This document shows positions 35,224 through 47,664 of a stretch of DNA of 64,000 nt, piece after piece (the first letter of the stretch is position 1; each line of letters begins with the position of its first letter). The DNA lies in NCBI RefSeq assembly GCF_000143415.4, contig NW_003314326.1, forward strand, positions 434,001 through 498,000, given 5' to 3'. Origin of the DNA: Selaginella moellendorffii. Lineage: Eukaryota > Plantae > Lycopodiophyta. Both the position numbers and the translations under genes were made by a program. The notes beneath the pieces were generated by a model. The model was not told the origin of the DNA, ran no database searches, and was given only the letters and a program-made list of their open reading frames with translations.

Positions 35224-35406
35224 TGTAAACAACCAAAGGGAACGATTCGAAAAACGATCCATGGATTTCAAATATATAGGGAAAGGGCATGAATAAGAGT
35301 GCACCCCCTTTTCCAATCGGTTAAAGGTCTTGGGATATTTGGGGTTAAAACATCCATAGGCTTGAATAGTACTAGGTTGGGTGACGGGAAGTCCAAAGAT
35401 GCTTAC
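35224..35406 (+). mobile_element. Solo LTR of a Cassandra-like TRIM containing a 5S rRNA-like segment
   Basis: TGTAAAC...GCTTAC; homologous to 47130-47397. Contains GTTAA..TTGAATAGTACTAGGTTGGGTGAC-GGGAAGTCC, resembling the 5S internal control region. Confidence 0.75.
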
Positions 35407-36457
35407 TCAGCCAGTAATATGGCATTGCATTCTCATTAAGGCTCAGTAGAAAAGAACTCCCTATAAACCATTTCAATTGAGGAGCTTCTAGTACTATCTC
35501 CACCATATTTGCTTTTGGAATGTAATCTTGTAACAAGAGTAATAGAAAACAATCTTCAGTCATCTACTTTTACAACACAAGTCAACACTTGACTCACAAA
35601 CATTTGCTCCACTACCAAACATAGGCATATACCTACTAACAGTGAGAGAACAATGCTAATGGTATGTTTTCTTTTCCTTATAGAGTTTATCATTATATTG
35701 ATGTTGTTATATTTTTCTTGCAGGCACATCTAGAAGTGTGGGATGCCATCTCTAGCACCAAGCAATGCTGCCAATCAAATCCTGTGAGAAGAAGATATTG
35801 GCTTGCTAAATATTTGACAGCAACAATGCAATGAGGAGGTTATTATTCATGTTGGTAAGGACAATGCAGAAGATGAAGAAGAAAACTCGTATTTGGATGA
35901 AGAACTAAAAGAAATAAAAGATATACTAGAACTCCCACCATTTATTCCAATGTCTAATTCAGATAAAAAGTGTTGTTTTCTATTGTTTCCATCCTTGACA
36001 CTTCTCCACAGGTTTGAAATCTAATATGATAAATCTTCCTCCATTCAATCATCTTCATTGTTAGATATCACAAGCGGTCATGCAACCATCTAAATGTTTA
36101 ATAGATCTTCTAGCGGTTGGAGATGTGTTTTATTGACATCTTTCTAACAGTTGTGCATGCATGTTTGAACGTATGCAAGATTATTGGTCATGAGTGTGTG
36201 AGTAGTACACATGAGAAGTCTAGATAGCCTCACAAATAAATGTGAAATTTCAATTGTTGCAAGTAGAAGAGATTGGTGGTATCGGGCATGCAATAGGAGT
36301 AATGGAGAGTGCTACCTTAGAATCTTAGGATGACAACATGATACCTATGGTAACATAGTCGAAGACCAAGGTCCTTGGGGCTTTAGAGAGCTCTCTCCAA
36401 ACTTGTGAGTCTCGATATGCATAGATGTTCCTTGCATTTTGCGAAACCACTTCACAA

Positions 36458-36856
36458 AGGCTCCCTCTCCGGAATCGAACCCTAATTCCCCATTACCCGT
36501 CACCACCATGGTAGGCCTCTATCCTACCATCGAAAGTTGATAGGGCAGAAATTTGATTGAAGCATCGCCGGCACGAGGGCCACGCGATTCGACAAGTTAC
36601 CATGAATCACCGAGAATACGGGCGAGCCCGCATCGGCCTTGAATCTAGTAAGTGCATCCCTTCCAGAGGTCGGGACTCTTTGCACATATTAGCTCTAGAA
36701 TTACTACGGTTATCCGAGAAGTAAGGTACCATCAAATAAACTATTACTGATTTAATGAGCCATTCACAGTTTCATAGTACAAAGCAGTTTATACTGACAC
36801 ATGCATGGCTTAATCTTTGAGACAAGCATATGACTGTTGGCAGGATCAACCAGGTA
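36458..36856 (-). rRNA. 18S rRNA: 18S rRNA 5' fragment (about nt 1-400), orphan pseudogene
   Basis: Minus strand starts TACCTGGTTGATCCTGCCA..GTCATATGCTTGTCTCAAAGATTAAGCCATGCATGTG and continues to TTCGATTCCGGAGAGGGAGCCT, where similarity breaks. Transition substitutions occur at conserved positions. Confidence 0.95.
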
Positions 36857-37527
36857 GCTACCGTCTGAGGATGCAAGGCACATAGGTCCTAGCACCTAGA
36901 GATGGAGCAAAGGCAATGCACAACCAACATCAACTAGGATGCCACAGCTGCAAGGGTCATGCTTCAAATGCCAAGGCAAGCCAAAGCCCTCAACAGCTGA
37001 GTGAAGCCTACGCACGGTGAGAACACACGTGCGCAGTCTTCACCTGCCCTGGCCGGACTTGGACTGGACCTTGGCTACCTAATGCATAAGCCCCTACTTG
37101 AGCATCAGTCCAAAGGTAATAACCGAGCTACAATGAAATCAAGGCAAGAACAAGTCCAAACCTTGAGAACAATGCAACAGTGTAGGCAAGCAAGGCTAGG
37201 TGTGGCATCACCCACACCACCCTTGCTAAAACCCACAAGACTTCAATTCTTCCAATGTAACATTGAGACAAATCGAACCATGTGTGCAAAAGAGCACAAG
37301 GTCACCTTCATTGAGAGTAAACACCACATACCAATCACATATAGCAACGGGTTTGTGATGTCCTAAATGTCAGCGATCTTACTGTGCTCAACACACACTT
37401 CAGATGATCCAGGAACAGAAGTTCCTGGATTGGCATCACACCAAGTCAGTGGATGCCGTCACCCATACTTGCTACTCACCACCAAGGAGGTCTAGGAGCA
37501 CCCCCAAGGAGCTACAGGACAGGGACA

Positions 37528-38375
37528 GTGTGCACCCGAAGGGCATGCAGGCACATACATGCTCCGCATCGGTCACCTCAGAACCCAGCTCCCACACTAA
37601 AGCCCCCATGTGACTGAGCTCTCACCCAAGTTCAAGACAAGGGAATTGCCCGCCCGGATCCAGACTTAGTGGCTACACTAGGAACATCAGTTCGCTCAGC
37701 ATCACAAGTGAGTGCAACCATCACCCATCAGTCACACACAGGGAGAAACCTTTGCCATGCTATTCAGCAACCGATCCTTTCGCCAAGTGGAAATGTATCC
37801 CCTGCCCGAGATTTCAAAAGGCCGCTGAATAGCACGGAGCATATGTCCTCCACCACATGCTTACTTAGTGCACACGCAAAGGGCATGCAGGCACGTACAT
37901 GTTTTGCATCAGTCACATCAGAACCCAGCTCCCCACCAAGCCCCCATGCGACTGAGCTCACCCGAGTTCAAGACAAGGGAATTGCCCACCCGGATCCGGA
38001 CTTGGTGGTCACACCAGGAACATCAGTTCATTCAGCATCACAAGTAAGTGGAGCCATCACCCATTAGGGACAACACAAGGAGAAAACCTTTGTTAAAAAT
38101 GCATGTGGCGGAGGGAGCAAGAAGTTATATGCTCTTGTGCTATGGAGCGACCGATCCTTTCGTCAGGTAGAAATACATCCCCTGCCCGAGATTCCAAAAG
38201 GTCACTCAATAGCACAGAGCATGTGACTTCTTGCTCTCCCATCCCATGCATTTTTAACAAAAGGGTAGATGCCTAGAGTGTCACTTCCCCGGCTGTGAAG
38301 CACCAGCTAAGCCCCCATGCGACTGAGCTCACCCACGTTCAAACACGAGGGAATTTTGCCCGCCCGGATCCGGAC
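37528..38375 (-). repeat. Tandem subrepeats of about 330-360 bp, probably rDNA ETS/IGS upstream of the 18S fragment
   Basis: Units 37528-37850 and 37867-38230 plus a partial third (38310-38375) share AAGGGCATGCAGGCAC, GACTGAGCTC and GCCCGAGAT. They lie 0.7-1.5 kb upstream of the 18S start. Confidence 0.65.
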
Positions 38376-40279
38376 TCAACAGTTACAGCACAGCAAAGGG
38401 TGTGTGCTTGGGAGGGGGTGTGAACACCCCACTGCCCCAAAACACACACAAAAGCGAGTTCATGACATGCTCCAATGTCCTCCACACAACCTACTGGCAG
38501 ATCAATGTACACTGCTTGGTGCCATCCCTGGAACAAAAGCATTTATCCAGTATATGCCACCCCATTCCAAGCACTTTGGTATGACCTCTATAATCTTCAT
38601 ATAAGGTTCCCTAAGTTGGCCATAGCTATGTTCATGCCATGCAATTGAAATAGTGATGTACTTGGAGCATGGCATTGTTGTCAATGGCCAAGATACTCCT
38701 TCAATGGAAGAGCCTCCACAGGGGGCTTTGCCATGTTTCTTATTGTTTTGGGATGCCAAAGACTAAAGGTTGTTTACTGCATGTTATTGAACACTAGCCA
38801 CAATAGGTGATAGAGTTTGCATGGAGATATTTTACCCATGAAAAGCTTTAAAGAAAATAACCCTTACTAATGGCTCAGGTGGCAATGGATAAGCTGCCAC
38901 CTCTTGATTAGTGATCCATCATTAGACCATCACAAAATGTTGAGGACCCCATCGAGAGAGTGTAGTGCTAGGGGCTTTTAGAAAATCTACTTGCTGAGTA
39001 TTGTCTACGTGCTCGCATGGCAAATGCATCAAGTTATGACTAGGAAAAACAACCAAAGAGTGAGTATTGTGAACAAGAAAAACAAAAAGCTAACCACTCA
39101 CATTGGGTGTTAGAGCCAACCATGTTGGTGTGTGTTTAGTGGTGTTGTGTGGCCTTGAAGAAGAAGATTGTCCAGGAGTATGTGAGCCAATGCATGTGTT
39201 GGCACTCAATTGTGGGATTTAAGCTGCACAGGTTGTTTGTTGCTATTGTTGCCTGCATTGATCATGTTAGATGGTCATGAAGGCAAAACTCTAGCTAGAA
39301 GAAGGATGGCAATGGGATATAGGCCACATATGGGTGAGAGTGTTCTTTGTGATTGTTCTTTTGACTTGTTCATGTGTTGTAGGCACAATAGAAACCAAAT
39401 TGAGCAGAGCATTACTTATTAGATAGCCACAGAAGATTGAGCACCTACGTGAATCCATAGAAGATCCCTTCTCTGGGTTTCCCCTCTTCTTGTCATTTTT
39501 AGCCCACGTGCCTAGAACAAAAGAAAAGTAACGAAGATGTATCTTGGATGGGATGAAGATTGCTTTAGCCTTACCATGCTGTGGTGCCAGCAATCAATCA
39601 CTAGAACACCTGCAAGAAATGGAGGATGAAGCTCGCTACCTCTGGAAGTGAGAGAACACAAAATTGGGGCAAAAATGTAATGCCAAGTTTCAAATCCAAT
39701 GTTAATAAATTGATATCTCACACTGTTCAAAGATTGTTTTGCACCAAACCCTAAACAAGGGTGGCCCTAACCCTAAAAGGAAAATATCTCACTAGTAGAA
39801 TAAGAATTTTAAAAGTATATTAAACTGAAATTAATGGTTCTCAATTAAAATATAATAAAAAGGGAGCTAGAGATTATTATAATTAAATTAATATCAGAAA
39901 TTCCCACATTATTATCATTATAAGACATGCAAGATAAGAAATCATAAACATTCTTTGTAATAATAAATGAAAAACTATGAACAAGGTGCTATTGATAAAT
40001 ATTTAAATTAAAGTATGATTCTACTTTATTTTAACTATATAATAACAGGCTACAATAAGCTAGTGGCTTCATAAAGCTAGAACATACTTGAAGGGTAAAA
40101 AGATTTATTGTGAACTTGGATCAATGCCTTGGATGGTGCTTCCTTCAATGGTGGCTGTCACTTTGAGTGAATGGTCAGATATAGCTTAAGAAGTTTTACT
40201 GCAGTCATTATTGAAGCATTGAACTCTCAAACTTCCATTGTAGCAAAGCTCTCTAGAAAGGGATGGCATTGCAATGCGA

Positions 40280-40470
40280 GTCCGCAAAGAGAAGGTTTAT
40301 GCTAGATGTTTATATTGCAAACTGCATAGTTGACATGTATTCTCAAGTGTGGAAGCTTTGTGGATGCACACACGGGCTTGGACAACATTCAAGAATGTAT
40401 ATGACACTGTGTTTCATGGAATACTATGTTTCTCAGGTATGTTGAAAGTGGTAAAGCCCACTTAGCTCTT
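40280..40470 (+). pseudogene. PPR gene fragment
   Basis: LDVYIANCIVDMYS..CGS..DA...VSWNTM..YVESGKAHLAL, with frameshift and stop. Confidence 0.7.
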
Positions 40471-40699
40471 ATACCAGGTTATAGTGTGTATATTTTCATA
40501 TAAGATTGTTACCTTTTATGACTTGTTATATGATTTGAAACACGTTGTTCAAATCTATATTTCATGCTTGCCAATCTCCTAATCTAGGAACATAGTTGTG
40601 CTTTGCTATATTTTTGTTTATGAATCAATAATACTAATACATAGTTGGTGATAACATTTGAATTCCACTACTTAAAATTAGAATACACCTCAAAGAACA

Positions 40700-41880
40700 A
40701 ATAAATTTTAAAGAATTCAAAACTAAGCTAGATGAAGATAGCCATTTGCAACTTCTTAAGAGCTTTTCTAGTGACTGGAGTTGCTATGGCTAGTATTATT
40801 GCAATGTAGTCTATAAGCCCAATATGATAGAGTAAAAATGCTTGATTCCAGATTATTTGCTATATGCTGTTCAAAACAAAGAAATTCTTAGCATAAGGAA
40901 CATCATAAAAAACGGTAGAACTAAATACTTGTGGCAAAGTAGCACCTTTAACACTGCATAGAAATAGTTTAGGCAAGAGTTCAATATCTTTACTGCTCAA
41001 TACTTTAATTATGCTCTAAAAACAGTAAACATATTAAAGAAATAAAGAGCAAGGCATCATGAGGAGTGCAAACCAGAGATCCTGGATCTAGGATGAACAT
41101 GGCTAGTTGCTAGATATGTAGGATATGTACACTAGCATATCCAATAGTATATATATGATTTCATTCTAGGGTTTGTCATAATTTAAACATAGTGGAGTGG
41201 AAAGCACTTGGAGAGAGTTCTTTCAGTATCAAGCACAATTTCCCTATAGTGGCCCATAGGGTGCTGCTGAGAACACAAAACAAGAAACGAGAAGCTGCCC
41301 TTCTTTGTATGAAGTAGAGAAGGGACTTGTGCTAGCTATGCTAGCAAATTGAGAAGAGCATTACCTCCACAGATGTGATCTTTTTGGTGTAGCTTGGTGC
41401 CTAAACCCATGCTACAGATACAATAGCAGTTGACCAAATGTAGTCAAACACTTATGGATGGCAACCCAGCAGTTTTATCCAGACATAAAGATTTTAGTTG
41501 GTTTGCTATGGAATACCCTATGTATGAGCAGAGGCAAGGCCCCTTTCAAGATGATCATTGGACTGGTTGGGCATTTGTTCAAAGACCTTGTAACAGAAGA
41601 AGTAGTTGATCCTTGGATGGTGTGGGTAAGCTGCCTTGAACTAGATTCAAAAGTACTTTTGCTTTGAAGGTTTGCATGCAACATCCTTGGCCTTGTTCCC
41701 TCTAAATATGCTGTAGAATGCAACTTCAGCACATATGGAAATGTTTTGACTCTTAGATAGAACAAGTGAGTTGATTGATTGGATTTTTTATTCTTACCTG
41801 TGGTACTAACGAAATATGCTAGGTTGGATCTAAAGAAAACTGAGAAACTTGTCCATATCTATTAGAACTCTTGTATGTGG
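40700..41880 (+). mobile_element. Degenerate hAT-family transposase remnant (C-terminal dimerization domain)
   Basis: Remnants AWCLNPCY, DPW..W, RFACNILGLVPSKYAVECNFSTYG and RLDLKKTEKLVHIY.N match the hAT C-terminal consensus (A..IL..P.S...ERNFS; RL.....KLV). The 5' boundary is approximate. Confidence 0.65.
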
Positions 41881-43892
41881 AGTAGGAGACGACAACAATC
41901 CACTGATAAATCCATGGCTAAGCAAACTGGTGTTAAATTTGATATTACAAATGATGGAACAACACCTCTAAAGGCAGTAACTATAACCAGAAGAAACAAT
42001 TGGTGGAAGTGGAAGGGATTATGCTGAGGTTGATGTAGATAACACATTTTGTAAGTGTGAAAATAAGCAAGATGATTCTACTAAACAATTGAGAAGAAGG
42101 TTAGTAATATTATTATTTATTTTGCATGGAGAACTAAGAACTAAATTGTACTTTGCAATGGTGATGATGACGAGTTGGAAAAATTGTTAAGGGCACTAGA
42201 TATTAGATCTGCCTTCATCCGCTATATACCAAATCCGCAAGTCTAGGATGCTCCAAAAGAAACCCCTTCTAGTTCAAGAGACACAAGTAATAGTTTGCAA
42301 AGAGGAGCTCTCCCACTTTCTCCTGAGATGCAAGTGCCTTGGAGATAGCAGTTTTTGAAGAGATCCAGGATAAATTTTGAAGGAGGTGAAACAAGTAGTA
42401 AGAGAATAGAAATTGGGGCACCAGCAACATATTCAACTCCAAGTCTGTTGCTTCCAGCTCAAGCTCAAACTCATGCTTCTCCAATAGCTCATGCAGCTGC
42501 ATAAACTTCTTCACCAGCTCAAATGACAAACCAGAGAAAAGTTGCAAATATAAATGCACTTTCAAGGCCACAGTGATAGTGTTGAAGAAACAAGTATAAA
42601 TTTTTTCATCTCTTTTTCTATTCAGGCGATTCTTTGGCAAAGTGTTATATTCTGAAACACTTTGATGTAATGAACTTGAATAAATAAAATGAAACTGCAT
42701 AACTCTTGTACTTTGCAATCATTGTTTGTCTATACTGTATAATATACATTGATGAACAGCCAGTCGGGCGGCTAGAACCTGCCTCAAGCAGGTTTTGGCT
42801 ACCGGAACTTGCCAGTCTCAAAGTCAAGCATATATTAGTAACAGTAAACATTTTCTAGGCATTGCACAACATAAAATTCCATTTTGCCCCCTGCAAGGTG
42901 TACAACAAGAAAATGATTGATCTCCTGTTTGTGAAGGTGAGAAACGGCACTACACTGATTTTCTACATACCTGCCTGGAAGGAGAGCATGTTGGAAGCCA
43001 AGACGGACTACAGTGAGTATGAGGTTCAGTACTACATCATAATGCCAGAGAACATTAAGCAAACTGACTTGCCGCCTGATGAGCAAGTTGGGGAAGTCCC
43101 CATAGTCGATGTACAGTTTAAAAAGCTCTCTGACGTCTGCAATGATTTAGGCTACTTCGACCAGCGGCTCATGTTGGCAGAACCTAGCATCCTGCAGCTG
43201 TGAGTGATGGACTATTGCATGGGCAGAAACCATGACGACTACACACCTTGTGGAAACTGGGTTGAAAGGGGTGGCTACTGCAAGTTACACGCACAGTAAG
43301 TATGGCTTTTTTTTGTGTTTTGATGCACTTGCTCTTTTTCACTTGCAGCAAAGACGTGATTCCAGACAAAGGCTATTTCAAGAAGCGATGGCTCGAGTCA
43401 GGTGAGCGCAGTGAAGGTGAGCACTGCGTTTCTGGATTTCAAAACTAACTACTTCAGACAGATGTATGCTAATTTTTTTGGTGGGAGAATTGCCCTGTTG
43501 AAATGCGTGCCGCTTATGACAAGGTGAGTGGTTTAGTCTCATGAACGGATTTGCAGTTGGCAAAAGGTGTCCAAGCTGCATTTCTTTTGAAGCTGGAGGC
43601 AAATGGATGAAGGCTTTGAGATCAAATCCAATTTGAAGAAATTGAGCTTAATTTATTGCCTTGAGCGTTTTGATGGAGTTTTAAAATTCTATCTTGAGCT
43701 TTTCACTGTGGAGTACATGTTTGAACCTTTGCAAAGATGATTTCTCAAAAATGTGGATCTTCTTTCCTTCTGGATTTTTAGTGTAGACTAACTCATCTCC
43801 TTGAAAAGTATACATGTTGCCACTGACATTGGAGTGCCTAATAATATCGATAATCTGTATGGTGATCTAGGGTTCTAGGGTTAGGTCTCTCA

Positions 43893-46069
43893 ATGCGCTC
43901 GTGGGGAGCTGTGGTGCGGCGTGGGAAGCGCCAGCGCGAGTATGTTACGGAGAGCCAAGCAAGGGAGGCGGTGAAGAAGATCCTGGCACTGGAGGAAGAC
44001 GATCTGATTGATTCAGGTAAGCTGACGTCGCTGCCATACCCCGGAATGAGACGCTCCCCTTCTTCCATTCGGCCACCGGTGGATTTCAATTTTGTGGGCA
44101 AGGACACGTTGGATGGCTTGTTGAGGGAGTGGCATTTGGGATACACCGAGCTGGTTGTTTACGGGCCCAAGGGCATCGGGAAATCGTCTGAGTTTCGAGC
44201 GCTTGCCTGCCTCTTATACCAAAAGCTCAACACTGTGAAAGCCAAGCAAGAGTTGAGGGCTCGGGTGGTATTCCTGTGGGGGATCACGCTGCTGCAAGAT
44301 ATAGTTGCGGCCTTAAAGGATGCGCTCTTGTTTTCCTATCTGGTGGACAGTGTCGAGAATGTGGATGGCTGGCAAGATGTTGAAGCTGTTATCAAGGCCA
44401 TCAAGTCTACGCAAGATATCATCTCCTTCATCAGCAGTCGCAAGGGTGGCTCCAAGCCGGAGATTTTTCATTTCCTGGTGGACGGTGGCGAGAAGCTAGA
44501 CCCCGCGGACTTTCTCGGAAAGCCGGTGTTGAACTCCGAGCACCTTTCTGCAGTGGGTCGCCATTTACAGCAGGTTTTGGCAACAGGCGAAAGGGTCTGG
44601 TGGTGCACAAGCTCAGGAGCCAGCCAGGCAATCCAGGAGCTACCGTTTTACACTTACGGAAATGAAGCCTTTAACAACGTACTTTTTTCTTTTTCTGATT
44701 TTATTTTTATTTTTATTTTATTTTATTTGGCTGCATGCAGGATGAGTACTCCATCTATGCTTCAGACTGTATACTGGGGAAAATTCCTGCTCGTCGTGCA
44801 AGCATCTACTTCTACACCGGACTTGTGCCACTTTTCCTCGACGTACTATGCGATTCGTGCAACTCCGTGATATGTGAAACAAAGCTACAGAGCAGTTTTC
44901 GGGATCGCAAGTTATGGGAGCGCAGCGGCTTAGCTGCAGCCTTTCTGCTGGATGGCGACGACGAAGCGGATGCTTCAGCGCTCGAGGAAGAAGACGAGTA
45001 CTGGGACGCGGTGATTAAGACGTTTTGTGAACATACCGAGCTAAAAGCTGTTTCGAGAAAGGCAGATCGAATAGTGGTGCAAGAGGACTACTTGACCGAC
45101 GAGTCCATGGCAAGTCTCGACCCAACTTACGTCCTCAACGCTGGAAAGGGCCAATACTGCTCGCCTTACATAAAAACAGTCTACGTGAAGACCGTGCGCT
45201 CCAAAGAAGAAGTTGCCAAGCCCCATGCCAACGGAGTGTGGTTGGCATATGCAAGCCGCAAGCTGTCAGATACAAGTGAAATCGACTGGTTGTGCCTGGG
45301 CCATCTCTGCGAGGACGTTCTAGCCAGCGTGATTCCAAAGAAAGGATTGGTCCTCGGGCAGCTTAAAGTCTGCGGAGCTATCTGTGTCGAAACGTTTAAC
45401 AGCATCCCGTCGAGAACCATCAAGTCACTGGTACAGCTGAAGCCAAATTCAGGGTATTATTACAAGCCTTGGGAGCGTGCCTTCCCGGACGTGGATGGCG
45501 TGATTGTGTGGGTGGACGAGAAGGGCGAGCTGCATGTTGTAGCGCTGCAGTTCACCGTCAACATTGACAGGCATTTACATTCTGCGGACCAGTTCATGAG
45601 CTTGGCATCCCTGAAGCGCTGGTTCCCAGACATTGAAGAGTATGTGATGGACACGGCATCGACGTTGCAGCCGCCAGTGTCGCCATCGACGGTGAAGCTG
45701 CACTTCGCATTCATTGGCTGTTCTTCACGGCCTGGCGTTTGCAGTAGCGAGAAGAAGTCCACACTCAAGAAGCGGAGGCGTACGGTGATCGGAACGCCTG
45801 CCTACATGCTGCACGTTCAACCATTTGATACTGACTCGATTCCAGGTTTGAGTGCGGATGATTACAAAGTGTTGGTAGACATTACTCAGCACAGGACGTG
45901 GACAGGAAAGAGCAACTACACACAAGTCTGTGATGACGGGTTTGGCCTCCTCGCTCTCTCCAGAAAAGAGCTAGAGAAAATGGCCAAGGAGGATTTTGGA
46001 ATCCCTGACCCGGGTCATAACGTCTACAAAAACAAGGCACTGCTTATCAATGCGATGCTCTCAACGTGA
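43893..46069 (+). CDS. Crinkler/RHS-type P-loop NTPase + PD-(D/E)xK-like endonuclease with NLS and a putative HEH/Rho-N-like C-terminus, about 704 aa, 2 exons
   Basis: Exons 43893-44678 and 44741-46069 join at a phase-0 intron. Walker A GPKGIGKS; Walker B FLVDG; YTGLVPL; LGHLCED..KPWERAFPDVDG..LQFTVN..H; KKRRR; C-terminus LSRKELEKMAKEDFGI...KNKALLINAML. Confidence 0.8.
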
Positions 46070-46299
46070 CAATTGACATTGCTAACACAAATAAAATAAG
46101 AGTTAAAATTTGCTACAGCCGAGTCAGAAACATGATGATTTGTGGTTGGCACTGTTTTTACAAGTATTATTCATCATTTTTGTTCTTGAATATTGACCTT
46201 CTTCAGCTGGTGTCCAGGGTTTATATTCTAAAAGAGGAATTGAGGAAGGTAGCATTAGAAAAATGTTATAACAAGAATCTTTTACAAAACATAATAAAG

Positions 46300-47620
46300 T
46301 GCTCAAGACAATACACTAACTGAATATAACTAGGATATAAAGGAATATGTAAATGCATGTTTGACATGTTAACAGGTGAGAGTTGTGATTAAGGCTAGTG
46401 GAGGCTTATTGTAAAGTCTTTTAATCCCAGACCATTTGTGGAAATGCCTTATCATGGACATTATCATGGAACACACCCTAATTAATGGGTTTGATGTGAT
46501 ATTTGTGGCAGTAGATTAATTTTTAAAAATGGTGCATTTTATACCCATCACAACAGAAGTGGATGTAGAAGGTGTAGTGAAGGTGTAGTGAATGTGTTCT
46601 TTGAAGAAGTAGTTCGAGTGCAAGGAAATCCAGAAGAAATTTATTTCAGACTAAGATAAGGTATTTATTAGTAAGTTCTAAAAAACTCTCTTATAGTAGT
46701 GTAAGTAACCAAAGAGGATGATTTGAAAGATAATCCGTGGTTTAAATATAAAGGGAAAAAGTCTATCAACAAAAGTGCGCCCTTTTTTCCAATCGGTTAA
46801 GAGGTCACCCAACCCAGTATTATTTAAACCTAAGGACACTTAACATTAATTATCCCAAGACCCATATTTGGTATCAGTTAATTAGCTTAGGAGAATTATA
46901 CCATATATTAATTATCATCTGGTAGGTTTAGTTTGCTCTGGCTGGGCTCGACCCAAAGGATAGGGTGTTTAAAGAGTAAGGCTCTCAAATCCAAACTTAG
47001 AAGCTTACATTTGGTATTAAAGTGGGTTTCAGGTCCGACTCTGATAGGATAGGGTGTTTAACAGCAGCTAGAAGCCTTTTCCAACTTCCATTCACGAGGG
47101 CGTGAACTTGCAAGAAAGCATAGTGGATTGTAAGCAACTAAAAAAAACGACTTGAGAGACATGGGGTTTAAATATAAAAGGAAAGGGCCCATGAACAAGA
47201 GTGCACCCCTCAATCCACCAAAGATGATGACTTGAGAGACATGAGGTTTAAATATAGAGGGAAATGGCCCATGAACAAGAGTGCACCCTTTTTTTCAATC
47301 GGTTAAGAGTTTTGGGATAATTGGGGTTAAGTGTCTTTGGGTTTGAATAATACTGGGTTGAGTGACTTCCTGGGAAGTCCAAACTCAGAAGCTTACAAAT
47401 AGTATCACACTAAATTGAAATTCAGCACAAACTATCACCAATAAATAAGTATTAAGTATTGAGTTAAGTTATATAGTTATAATCAGTCTTGACAGATGGA
47501 CAAATAGAAAGGGTGAATAGACAATTAAAGGATTATTTATGCGAAGACCAAATAAATTGGGTAAATTATTTGAGATTTGCGAAACTATACTATAATAGTT
47601 CACCCAATTTGGTATTCATA
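46300..47620 (+). mobile_element. Degenerate gypsy integrase remnant interrupted by a TRIM array
   Basis: ACLTC..., LWKCLIMDI, GFDVIFVAVD..KMVHFIP and DKVFISKF lie before the TRIM; KFSTNYHQ and TDGQIERVNR lie after it. Confidence 0.8.
46700..47397 (+). mobile_element. Cassandra-like TRIM, rearranged tandem array with 5S-like LTR segment
   Basis: TGTAAG...GCTTACA termini; flanks AGTAG/AATAG (5-bp TSD, one mismatch); PBS-like TTTGGTATCAG and TTTGGTATTAAAG after LTR ends; non-coding internal domain of about 125 bp. 47326-47380 resembles plant 5S rRNA nt about 50-105. Confidence 0.8.
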
Positions 47621-47664
47621 AACTATCAAAAGCACAAGACATAGAGTATTAATTTGGGGAGAAG

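Noticed and set aside
38500-39760. Scattered short ORFs
   Set aside because: No family could be assigned; probably decayed sequence.
47326-47380. Functional 5S rRNA gene
   Set aside because: Only the internal control region is present, embedded in an LTR; the 5S 5' part and terminator are absent.
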